Shown here piece by piece: positions 1 to 7,785 of a DNA stretch of 36,940 nt. A program made the translations under genes and the position numbers. The notes under the pieces were generated by a model. That model was not told where the DNA came from. It saw only the letters and a list, made by a program, of their open reading frames with translations, and ran no database searches. The stretch is from Anaeromyxobacter dehalogenans. Its GTDB lineage: Bacteria > UBP6 > JAFGXH01. The DNA lies in the NCBI GenBank assembly GCA_020718465.1, contig DYRY01000002.1, forward strand, positions 29,360 to 66,299. Direction: 5' to 3'. The first letter of the stretch is position 1; each line of letters begins with the position of its first letter.

Positions 1-77
1 AATTTGATGAAGATGAATTCGATGAAGATGAATTTGATGATGATGAATTTGATGAAGATGAAGATGATGATTATTAA
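1..77 (+). CDS. 3' end of a CDS cut by the window edge; hyper-acidic Phe/Asp/Glu tail
   Basis: Frame 3 reads FDEDEFDEDEFDDDEFDEDEDDDY, then TAA at 75-77, followed by a strong hairpin terminator. The product cannot be identified from 24 residues. Confidence 0.45.
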   Translation, partial: FDEDEFDEDEFDDDEFDEDEDDDY

Positions 78-85
78 TCAACACT

Positions 86-113
86 AAAATAGCCCCTTTT
101 GGGGCTATTTTTA
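86..113 (+). terminator. Rho-independent terminator
   Basis: Perfect 11-bp stem AAAATAGCCCC (86-96) / GGGGCTATTTT (101-111) with a TTTT loop, running into a T tract. Confidence 0.75.
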
Positions 114-141
114 TATTAAAATAATTTTTTATGGAGGAATA

Positions 142-2634
142 ATGAAATTTGTATGTATAATCGTAGTCTTTTTAATTTCATTCTCCCTATTTGCTAAAAA
201 TCCTAAAATCATTCACACACCAGTTGAAAAAGCAACTGTTAGTGAAGCTTTAGCAATTGATGTGAATGTAACAGAGGTTCAAGATGTTAATTTTGTGCTT
301 CTTCACTACTGTTCATTTATTGCTCAAGATTGGCAACAAACAGAGATGAATCCCAGTGAGGGAGTTTTTAGAGGTGTAATTAAAGGTGAAGATATGGTAA
401 ATGGTGGTATGGTATATTATATCCAAGTTATTGGTAATAATGGAGAAGTTGTCTCTCAACTTGGAAGTCCTGAAATGCCAACATATATTAATACCTTTGT
501 ATCTAAAACAAAAAAAGAGAAAAAAAATGTTGAAAAAACAAAAAAAGATAATAATTTAGGTAGTTCTCTTGAGGATGAGTTGATGATGTTTGCTAGTTTT
601 GACACACAAGTTGTGACAGCATCTAAAAAGGCTCAATATTTAAGTGATGCACCTGCGATTATCTCTGTTATTAATAAAAACAACATTAAAAGAACAGGAG
701 CAACAACTCTTGTTGAGCTTTTAAAAAGTATTCCAGGAGTTGAGGTTACAGTTGGAATGACAGGAGAGTATAGAGTTTCCATTCGTGGAGTTAGAAAAGA
801 GGGGAATATTCTGATTTTACTAAATGGAAACAGACTTAATGACTTTTATGATGCAAGAGCTATTTTTGATATTCCTACCGATTTTATTGATAGAGTTGAG
901 GTTATTAGGGGACCAGGTTCTGCTCTTTTTGGTACAAATGCAGTTGCTGGGGTTATAAATATTTTTACAGTTAAAAATGTTTCATCTGCTAAAGTTATGG
1001 GTGGTTTAAATAAAAGTTTTGGTACATTTGAAAACTATGCCTATCAGGGAGAGAAATTTAAATTTAATCTATCTGCTGGATATTATCAAACTGATGGTTT
1101 ACCAGCAACAGTAGATTTAGATAAGGGTGATAAGTGGAGTCTTGTTGGACCATATCAAGGAGATGATCCTGATTTAGCTGGAACAACAAAAGAGTATGAT
1201 GTTAATCGTTGGAGTAAAACAGGTTATCTGAATATTGGTGGAGAGTTTGGAGATATATCTCTTTCAACTTTTGCAATATACCAACAGAGAGGAACTTGGA
1301 TTGGTAACTCTTTTGTTGTTGCACCAGATTCCCAGTATGAAACCCTAAAAATTTTACCAGACTTAACATATAAAAAATCCCTTTCAAAAAAAGTGGATTT
1401 TCAGGGGAAATTTTTTGCTGATCTTTCAATATACAACAATTTAATCCAAGATAATCCTGATGGTTATATATCCTCAACTTCAAAAGATATATTTGATGAT
1501 GGAGCTTTAACAAAAGAAAACTACTTTTCATCATCTTATGGTGCCGATTTTCAATTTACATTTGATATTGCAGATAATTTTGATGTTATATCTGGAGTTA
1601 GTTTAGAGTATATGAAAATCAATGACTATAATCTTAGCAGAAATTATAGATTAAGTACTGATGAGTATTATGGTAAAAATTTTGGTATTTTTGATGAGAA
1701 TATAACTATAAACCAAGAGGGAAAAACAAGATATATTCTTGCAGGATATCTACAAGCCGATTATCGTTTAGAGGATTTTGGTTTTATTGCTGGATTTAGA
1801 TTTGACCACTATAGTGATTTTGGAAATACATTTAACCCAAGATTGGGTATTATTTATAAACCACTTACTACATTAAGTTTTAAACTTCTTTATGGTCAAG
1901 CTTTCCGTGCTCCAACATTTAAAGAGCTTTATGATAACACAAATCCTTTACGTGATGGAACTCTTGGCAGAGATAATTTAGAACCTGAAACACTTAAATC
2001 TATAGAGCTTGGTTTAGAGTGGAGTTTTGGAAAACATATTTTTAGAGCCAATGGCTTTTATAATATGACAGAGAATCTTCTTGCCTCTTTTGATGAAAGT
2101 GGTTCTGGTGGAGTTGGTTTTTATGAAAATAAAGGTAATATTGACTCTTATGGTTTTGAGGCAGAGCTTGTTTTAAATCTTCATAAATATATCTCAATTT
2201 TTGGTAATGTATCTTGGTCAGAGTCTATATTTGAGTGGAATAAAGGGGTTTTTAAAGAGACCACTTTCCCAAAATTAGAGGATAAAGATAAAGTTTTATA
2301 CAACTTTCCAAATATACTTGTTTATGGAGGAGCAAATTTCTATTTTGGTAAATTTAGTGGTTATGTCGCAATGAATTATGTAAATCAAGCAATTAATAAT
2401 CATAGAAGACCTCTTGAAAGTCTTCATGTTGTTGAAATTCCATATCACTTCTTTTTTCACTTTAGTGTAGCTTATGAGATTGTTAATAATCTTGAAGTTA
2501 GAGTTACAGGTAGAGATATTGGAAAACAAAAATACACAGACCCAACAGATGAGTTAGATATTGATGCTTTTGGAACAAAAGGGATGGTTCAACCAGGAGC
2601 ATCTTACACCCTTTTTGTAACCTATAATTTTTAA
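142..2634 (+). CDS. TonB-dependent outer-membrane receptor with an extra N-terminal domain
   Basis: GGAGG lies upstream of the ATG. Signal peptide MKFVCIIVVFLISFSLFA. Plug motifs QVVTASKKAQYLSDAPAIISVI and VEVIRGPGSALFGTNAVAGVINIFT. Barrel motifs YGQAFRAPTFKELY and NLEPETLKSIELG. Terminal aromatic residue (TYNF). Confidence 0.9.
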   Translation: MKFVCIIVVFLISFSLFAKNPKIIHTPVEKATVSEALAIDVNVTEVQDVNFVLLHYCSFIAQDWQQTEMNPSEGVFRGVIKGEDMVNGGMVYYIQVIGNNGEVVSQLGSPEMPTYINTFVSKTKKEKKNVEKTKKDNNLGSSLEDELMMFASFDTQVVTASKKAQYLSDAPAIISVINKNNIKRTGATTLVELLKSIPGVEVTVGMTGEYRVSIRGVRKEGNILILLNGNRLNDFYDARAIFDIPTDFIDRVEVIRGPGSALFGTNAVAGVINIFTVKNVSSAKVMGGLNKSFGTFENYAYQGEKFKFNLSAGYYQTDGLPATVDLDKGDKWSLVGPYQGDDPDLAGTTKEYDVNRWSKTGYLNIGGEFGDISLSTFAIYQQRGTWIGNSFVVAPDSQYETLKILPDLTYKKSLSKKVDFQGKFFADLSIYNNLIQDNPDGYISSTSKDIFDDGALTKENYFSSSYGADFQFTFDIADNFDVISGVSLEYMKINDYNLSRNYRLSTDEYYGKNFGIFDENITINQEGKTRYILAGYLQADYRLEDFGFIAGFRFDHYSDFGNTFNPRLGIIYKPLTTLSFKLLYGQAFRAPTFKELYDNTNPLRDGTLGRDNLEPETLKSIELGLEWSFGKHIFRANGFYNMTENLLASFDESGSGGVGFYENKGNIDSYGFEAELVLNLHKYISIFGNVSWSESIFEWNKGVFKETTFPKLEDKDKVLYNFPNILVYGGANFYFGKFSGYVAMNYVNQAINNHRRPLESLHVVEIPYHFFFHFSVAYEIVNNLEVRVTGRDIGKQKYTDPTDELDIDAFGTKGMVQPGASYTLFVTYNF

Positions 2635-2658
2635 CCTAGCTGATTTTTTGGAGGAGTT

Positions 2659-3420
2659 ATGAAAGGAATTAAAATACTGTTTTTTGTTATACTAACTATT
2701 TTTACTGGATGTGAACGTGATTATGAACAAGAGCTTGATAATGAAGTTGTTGGAAAGCTACTTGTTCCACTTAATGCAAATCGAAACTATATAAGAGTTC
2801 AAGAGTCACCAATTGGAAATATGGCAACAGATGCTCTAAAGTACTACATTGAAAAAACAACAACAAAAAAAATTGATATTGCATTTGTTAACTCTGGAGG
2901 ATTAAGACATGATACTGAAAGATTAGATGGGATCTATCCTATTGGTGATTTTACGAAAGCTATGGCAAAAGAGATTTACCCATTTACAAATATTATGATG
3001 ATTATGGATGTTACAGGTGCTCAACTAAAAGAGATTTTTGAACACTCTGTTGCTTTTTTACCATCAGCTCAAGCAAGTTTTTTACAAATATCAGGAGATG
3101 TTGTTTTAACTGTTGACATAACAAAACAATCAGAAGTATTAAGTATTGGAGAAAACCCTATTATTGAAACTGCTGGAGAGAGAGTTGTATCAATAAAATT
3201 TAGAGGTGTTGAGGTTGACCCTCTTTCAACATATACTATTGCAACAAGTGACTATATTGGAAATGGTGGAGATAGATATACAACAATGAAAAAAATCTCA
3301 TTTAAAATTAAAACAGGTGAAGATATTCTATACTCTCTTGTTGCATATGTTAAAGATCAAACTGATTTAAATGGTGGTGCAAATTCCGTTGTTGAGGGAA
3401 GAATTATCATTCTTGAGTAG
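2659..3420 (+). CDS. Lipoprotein consisting only of a 5'-nucleotidase C-terminal (substrate-binding) domain
   Basis: GGAGG RBS and lipobox IFTGC. Motifs typical of the UshA-family C-terminal domain are present (FVNSGGLRHD, YPFTNIMMIMDVTGAQLKEIFEHS, ATSDYIGNGGDRY). No metallophosphatase half is present. It starts 25 bp after the receptor stop. Confidence 0.75.
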   Translation: MKGIKILFFVILTIFTGCERDYEQELDNEVVGKLLVPLNANRNYIRVQESPIGNMATDALKYYIEKTTTKKIDIAFVNSGGLRHDTERLDGIYPIGDFTKAMAKEIYPFTNIMMIMDVTGAQLKEIFEHSVAFLPSAQASFLQISGDVVLTVDITKQSEVLSIGENPIIETAGERVVSIKFRGVEVDPLSTYTIATSDYIGNGGDRYTTMKKISFKIKTGEDILYSLVAYVKDQTDLNGGANSVVEGRIIILE

Positions 3421-3465
3421 TTTAATCCACATAATTTAAAAAACATAATTTTTTAAAAGCAATAT

Positions 3466-4296
3466 TTAAAAATTCCACTCAAATAAAACTGCTTTTTTCT
3501 CATTTGAGAATATTGGATATATATTAAATCGATTTGATTGAAGTACTTTTATATTTTCTCCAGCTTGATAATAAACAATACCATCAACTGTTCCATAAAG
3601 ATATATGAGAATAAAAGAGAAAAAAGATATTTGGTTTATAATTGCTCCTGTTTCTGCTAACTCTGAATTATCAAAAGTGTAGTCATTTTTTTGATAATAT
3701 TTTAAAAGTGTATAGCTGGTTAGATTTGTTAGCAAAAAAATAGATTGAAGAGTTATCACAAAATAGCCTTTATAAGTGTGTCCATTTTGAAATTGACCAA
3801 TTCCGAAAGGGATAAAATTACTATAAAAACTCTTTTTTTTAATTTTTTTCTTAAATTTTTTTGGATTATTAAATTTTTCATACTCTTCTAAAAATAGTTT
3901 ATTTTTTTCAATCTCATCTTTATGTATTTTTAAAATCTTTTTTGTAAATTCAATAAACTCTGGAGAGACCATAACGGGATCAAATTGAAAATCACTTTGG
4001 ATAAAAAAAATTCTCTTTATATAAAGAGCAGAATTATCCAAATTTTTAAGATAAAAGTTTGATATTGCTAAAATTCTATATATTTTTATCATCTCTGATG
4101 AGTTTAAAATATCTTTTTTGTTATGTAAATAGCTCTCTAAATCTAAAATCGTATTTTCATATTTACCATATTCAAAATTAGATTCTGCTTTTTCAATTGT
4201 ATTAACATACTCATTTTCTGATAAAATATTAATGGAAAAAAGCAAAAAAAATAATACTATAAAATTTTTCACAACAATCCTAAAAGATAAAATCAT
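3466..4296 (-). CDS. TPR-like / two-helix membrane protein, paralog A (unplaced family)
   Basis: The long ORF in the track starts at a TTG (4350) that overlaps the upstream kinase. I prefer the ATG at 4296, which gives MILSFRIVVKNFIVLFFLLFSINILS as signal/anchor. It aligns over its full length with the 7786-8622 product, sharing the PFGxGQFxNG...KG...LYGTVDG block. Confidence 0.6.
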   Translation of the reverse strand: MILSFRIVVKNFIVLFFLLFSINILSENEYVNTIEKAESNFEYGKYENTILDLESYLHNKKDILNSSEMIKIYRILAISNFYLKNLDNSALYIKRIFFIQSDFQFDPVMVSPEFIEFTKKILKIHKDEIEKNKLFLEEYEKFNNPKKFKKKIKKKSFYSNFIPFGIGQFQNGHTYKGYFVITLQSIFLLTNLTSYTLLKYYQKNDYTFDNSELAETGAIINQISFFSFILIYLYGTVDGIVYYQAGENIKVLQSNRFNIYPIFSNEKKAVLFEWNF

Positions 4297-4325
4297 ATAA
4301 ATTTTTCTATTTTTTATAAAATAAA

Positions 4326-5495
4326 TTACTCTATTGGTATCTCTATCCAAAAATAACTACCAACACTCTCTCTACTTGAAACCCCATAAAAACCATTGTG
4401 GGCAGTTATAAAACTTTTAACAATTGTTAATCCTAAACCAGTTCCACCATGGTTTCTGGTTTGTGAGCCATCAACTTGAAAAAAAGGTTCAAAAATTCTC
4501 TCTTGTTGAGACTCTGGGATTCCAATACCATAATCTTTAATACCAATATGCAAAAATTCTCTCTCTTCTGGACCAAAAAAAGTGAAATTATCATTATCTG
4601 GATTATCAGATTCAACTATCCGTTCAACTTTTTTCACAACTATCTCAACTATTGAGTTACTATTTGAAAATTTAATAGCATTTGTTAATAGATTTCTTAA
4701 TGTTTGAAAAATCTTCTCTTTATCAATCAAAATTAAAAAATTATCAAAATTAAATTCAAAAATATCTTTTAAATCTATATTTTTCTCTTTTATATGAAAT
4801 GAGATACTATTTTTAATCTCTTCTAAAAGATGTTTTAGAGAAACTCTCTCTTTTTGAACTCTTATTGCCCCTGATTCTATTTTAGAGATATCTAAAAGCT
4901 GTTTTATAAGTTGGAAAAGTTCATCTGCATTTTTCAAAATTCTTCCTAAATTTTCATCCCCCTCTTCAGATAAATTCTCTTCAAGTTGTATTAACTCTGT
5001 ATATCCCATAATCGATGTAAGAGGGGTTTTTAGTTCATGTGATATTGTTGCAAGAAAATTATTTTTAATTATATCTAACTCTTTAAGTGCTTGATAGGCT
5101 TCTGTTAATTTATCATTTTTCTCTTTTAACTCATCATAAGAATTTTGAACCATTTTTAAATGAAAATTGTTCGTTAAAAATATCTTATATTGAAGATGAA
5201 AAATTTTCTTAACACTATTTATAAATAGGTCAAAAAAACTATAACTATACTCTTGAGGTAGAAAAAATTTTATATTTGCTTTTATATCATGTTCAACTTT
5301 TAGAGAAAAACTGTTTTTGGGTTGAATATCGCCATTAAAATCACTTTTTTTTGATTGGTAGTATAGGGAACCATTTTCATCTAAAACCTGAATATACATA
5401 CCAAATTTCTCCTCAACTTCAACAAAAAAATCCTCAATTACTTTTAGTGGAAGTAGATCTGAAAGTGATGGTTCAAGTATAAAGGTATGCTCCAT
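4326..5495 (-). CDS. Soluble sensor histidine kinase (HisKA + HATPase_c), no receiver partner nearby
   Basis: H-box ATISHELKTPLTSIMGY. N-box LRNLLTNAIKFS. G1 DYGIGI. F/G2 FEPFFQ...GGTGLGLTIVK. No hydrophobic TM segment. The N-terminal domain of about 130 aa is unassigned. Confidence 0.9.
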   Translation of the reverse strand: MEHTFILEPSLSDLLPLKVIEDFFVEVEEKFGMYIQVLDENGSLYYQSKKSDFNGDIQPKNSFSLKVEHDIKANIKFFLPQEYSYSFFDLFINSVKKIFHLQYKIFLTNNFHLKMVQNSYDELKEKNDKLTEAYQALKELDIIKNNFLATISHELKTPLTSIMGYTELIQLEENLSEEGDENLGRILKNADELFQLIKQLLDISKIESGAIRVQKERVSLKHLLEEIKNSISFHIKEKNIDLKDIFEFNFDNFLILIDKEKIFQTLRNLLTNAIKFSNSNSIVEIVVKKVERIVESDNPDNDNFTFFGPEEREFLHIGIKDYGIGIPESQQERIFEPFFQVDGSQTRNHGGTGLGLTIVKSFITAHNGFYGVSSRESVGSYFWIEIPIE

Positions 5496-5565
5496 TTATC
5501 TGATCCTTTAAAATTAATAATTAAATCTAAAGTTAATTTTACAAATAGCAATTAAAATTACTACT

Positions 5566-6207
5566 CTATTTTTTATTAAATATTCCATTAATTAAATCCT
5601 CTTTATATATGTAAAATTTATCTGAAAGAGAGAATCTTGCATTAACTGAATCATAACTTTTTTGAATTAGAAGTGAGAATGTTTCAAGAACTCCTTTTCC
5701 ATTTAAAGCAATTGCTGCTGTAACTGGTACTCCTGCTTTTTGTGCAAAAACCTCAACCTCCTCTTTTGATAATATATCTGGTAAATCTCTTTTGTTAAAT
5801 TGAACAACAATTGGGATATCCTCAAGATTATGAAAAGATAGATTGGTTAAAAGATCTCGATAACTCTGATTATTCTCTTTTCTTAACTCTCTTTGAGAGT
5901 CAGCAACAAAAACAACTCCATCAGCCCCCTTTATAACAACTCTTCTTGTGGATGAGTGTATTACCTGACCAGGAACAGTAAATAGCTTAAATTTCACTTT
6001 AAAACCACTTTTACTAATATACTCTAATGGTAGCAAGTCAAAAAAAAGTGTTCTATCATTTTGAGTATCAAGAGTAACCATATCTGATGCACTTATTCCA
6101 TGCAAAAAGTGATGAATCATCTGTAGATTTGTTGTTTTTCCACTTAAAGCAGGTCCATAATAGACTAACTTTAGGCTTAACTCCCTTTTTGAAAGATTTA
6201 ATTCCAT
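5566..6207 (-). CDS. mglA: MglA-family Ras-like small GTPase
   Basis: MELNLSKRELSLKLVYYGPALSGKTTNL, DRTLFFD, TVPGQV, GADGVVFVADSQ and QFNKRDLPD match the MglA pattern. The track ORF begins at a TTG (6222). The ATG at 6207 fits MglA N-termini. Confidence 0.85.
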   Translation of the reverse strand: MELNLSKRELSLKLVYYGPALSGKTTNLQMIHHFLHGISASDMVTLDTQNDRTLFFDLLPLEYISKSGFKVKFKLFTVPGQVIHSSTRRVVIKGADGVVFVADSQRELRKENNQSYRDLLTNLSFHNLEDIPIVVQFNKRDLPDILSKEEVEVFAQKAGVPVTAAIALNGKGVLETFSLLIQKSYDSVNARFSLSDKFYIYKEDLINGIFNKK

Positions 6208-6333
6208 ATAAAGTATCACCAAAATTCAAAATATAATATATCATAATTGTAATTGATAAATCAATAATTGTAACTATTTCTATCTTTTTTGATTTTAATT
6301 GGATGAAATTTAGATATTTTAGTAAATAAATCT

Positions 6334-7509
6334 CTATTTTACATATTTTTTTCTTAAAACAAAAAAAATTATAAATATAAAACTGAATACTAAAACACTA
6401 TTTTGATTTTTTATTCCAAAAGAACAACCTCCTTCTGAACTCTCCTGCTCAACATTAATTTCATCTGATGTGTATATAATTGCCTCTCCTGTTGCATCTT
6501 TGCAATCTTTTCCAACACCAAAAAGAAGAGAACCCTCATCAGGATAGTAAACAACAGTTCCACTATCTTTTACAAACATAAAACGATATAAATGACATCC
6601 CTTCTCTTGAACTTCTATGGAAGTTTTATACTCTCCAGCAAACCATGTTGGTTTTTTATCATCTGTAGGAGTTGTATACTCTGTTTTTGTGAGTTTTGAT
6701 TCAATTTTATTGCTTAAAATACCATTCTCCATAATTCCAATTATCACTTTTGCAGATTTTGCCTCTTTATCACCCTCATCAAAAAAGATTGCACTGAAAT
6801 TTATTGCTGTTCCAACATTAACCCTTTGTGGAAAATGGATTCCTGCTGTAATTGTTTGTGTTGAAAGAGATGTTTTTCCACCAAAATCTTCAGTAAAATA
6901 GGGTTTTCCATTAACAATAAGATAACCTAATCCAACCTCATTAAAAGCGGAGTGATAGATATTTTGGCGATGTCCATCTGGATGTTGTGTACTTACATTA
7001 TTATGTTCATTTATAAGCCCCCAAGTGACATCAGTATATTGACTTCCCATTCCAATATTCTCACCTGCAGTTGTATATCCACTATAATATCTTCCAATTC
7101 TATCAAAAGTTCCTATTCCATCACAACTTTCATGTTGAAAACATCCATTTTTACCCATATCAAAAGAGTGATATCTTGCTGCTCGTGATAAATCTAAATT
7201 ATAATTTAAAGGTTTTACTGGATTAAAACAGACTCCCCAATTTGTACAGTTTGAAAATTGTGTATGTTGATAATCATCATTTGGCATTTTATGTGGAGCA
7301 ATTCTTGAACGATTAAGGTCCCAAAGAACATATCTTTCCTCATAATTTGGATAGTTTGGTGAGTAGTTTTTTCCATCATTTTCTGGAGCAACCTCCTCCT
7401 CTCCATACATTTTTTGTGGAATATTGTGTGGTCCCCAAGAGGATGATATCTCTTGTGCATTTAGAGATATTGCAATCATAAAAATAGTTAAAAAAAATAT
7501 TTTTTTCAT
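6334..7509 (-). CDS. Secreted CAP/SCP/PR1-like domain protein with a C-terminal GGCSF-TM-LRKK tag
   Basis: Signal peptide MKKIFFLTIFMIAISLNA. CAP-type motifs are present (LSRAARYHSFDMGKNGCFQHES, AGENIGMG, DGHRQNIYHSAFNEVGLGY, TEDFG). The C-terminus is EGGCSFGIKNQNSVLVFSFIFIIFFVLRKKYVK. Confidence 0.8.
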   Translation of the reverse strand: MKKIFFLTIFMIAISLNAQEISSSWGPHNIPQKMYGEEEVAPENDGKNYSPNYPNYEERYVLWDLNRSRIAPHKMPNDDYQHTQFSNCTNWGVCFNPVKPLNYNLDLSRAARYHSFDMGKNGCFQHESCDGIGTFDRIGRYYSGYTTAGENIGMGSQYTDVTWGLINEHNNVSTQHPDGHRQNIYHSAFNEVGLGYLIVNGKPYFTEDFGGKTSLSTQTITAGIHFPQRVNVGTAINFSAIFFDEGDKEAKSAKVIIGIMENGILSNKIESKLTKTEYTTPTDDKKPTWFAGEYKTSIEVQEKGCHLYRFMFVKDSGTVVYYPDEGSLLFGVGKDCKDATGEAIIYTSDEINVEQESSEGGCSFGIKNQNSVLVFSFIFIIFFVLRKKYVK

Positions 7510-7733
7510 GGTAAATCCTAAAAGTTACAATTAAATATAATATATATTATGAAAAATATCTATAAAAACAAAAAAATCTAATTAATTCTTCTTACAGTAG
7601 TATTTTTTTCTGCATTTGAATATTTTTTTATTAATAAAATTAAGTAATATTTTTCTGAACTGCAATTAATAATATTTTTATAATAGATTAATGATCTAAA
7701 TTATAAAGATTTTACATCATTTGAAATGCGTTC

Positions 7734-7761
7734 TTGACACAATTCTATTTTTTGGTAAAAT
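7734..7761 (+). promoter_or_regulatory. Sigma70-type promoter for the 7786 operon
   Basis: TTGACA (7734-7739), 16-nt spacer, TAAAAT (7756-7761), located 25 bp upstream of the ATG. Confidence 0.5.
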
Positions 7762-7785
7762 AGATGAATTGAGTTTGGTTGTGTT

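Noticed and set aside
142-560. The receptor N-terminal extension as a FecA-type signalling domain wired to the ECF sigma/anti-sigma pair at 18517-20551.
   Set aside because: The extension does not resemble an STN domain by eye. The anti-sigma is a zf-HC2 type, not FecR-like. The genes are 16 kb apart with unrelated genes between them.
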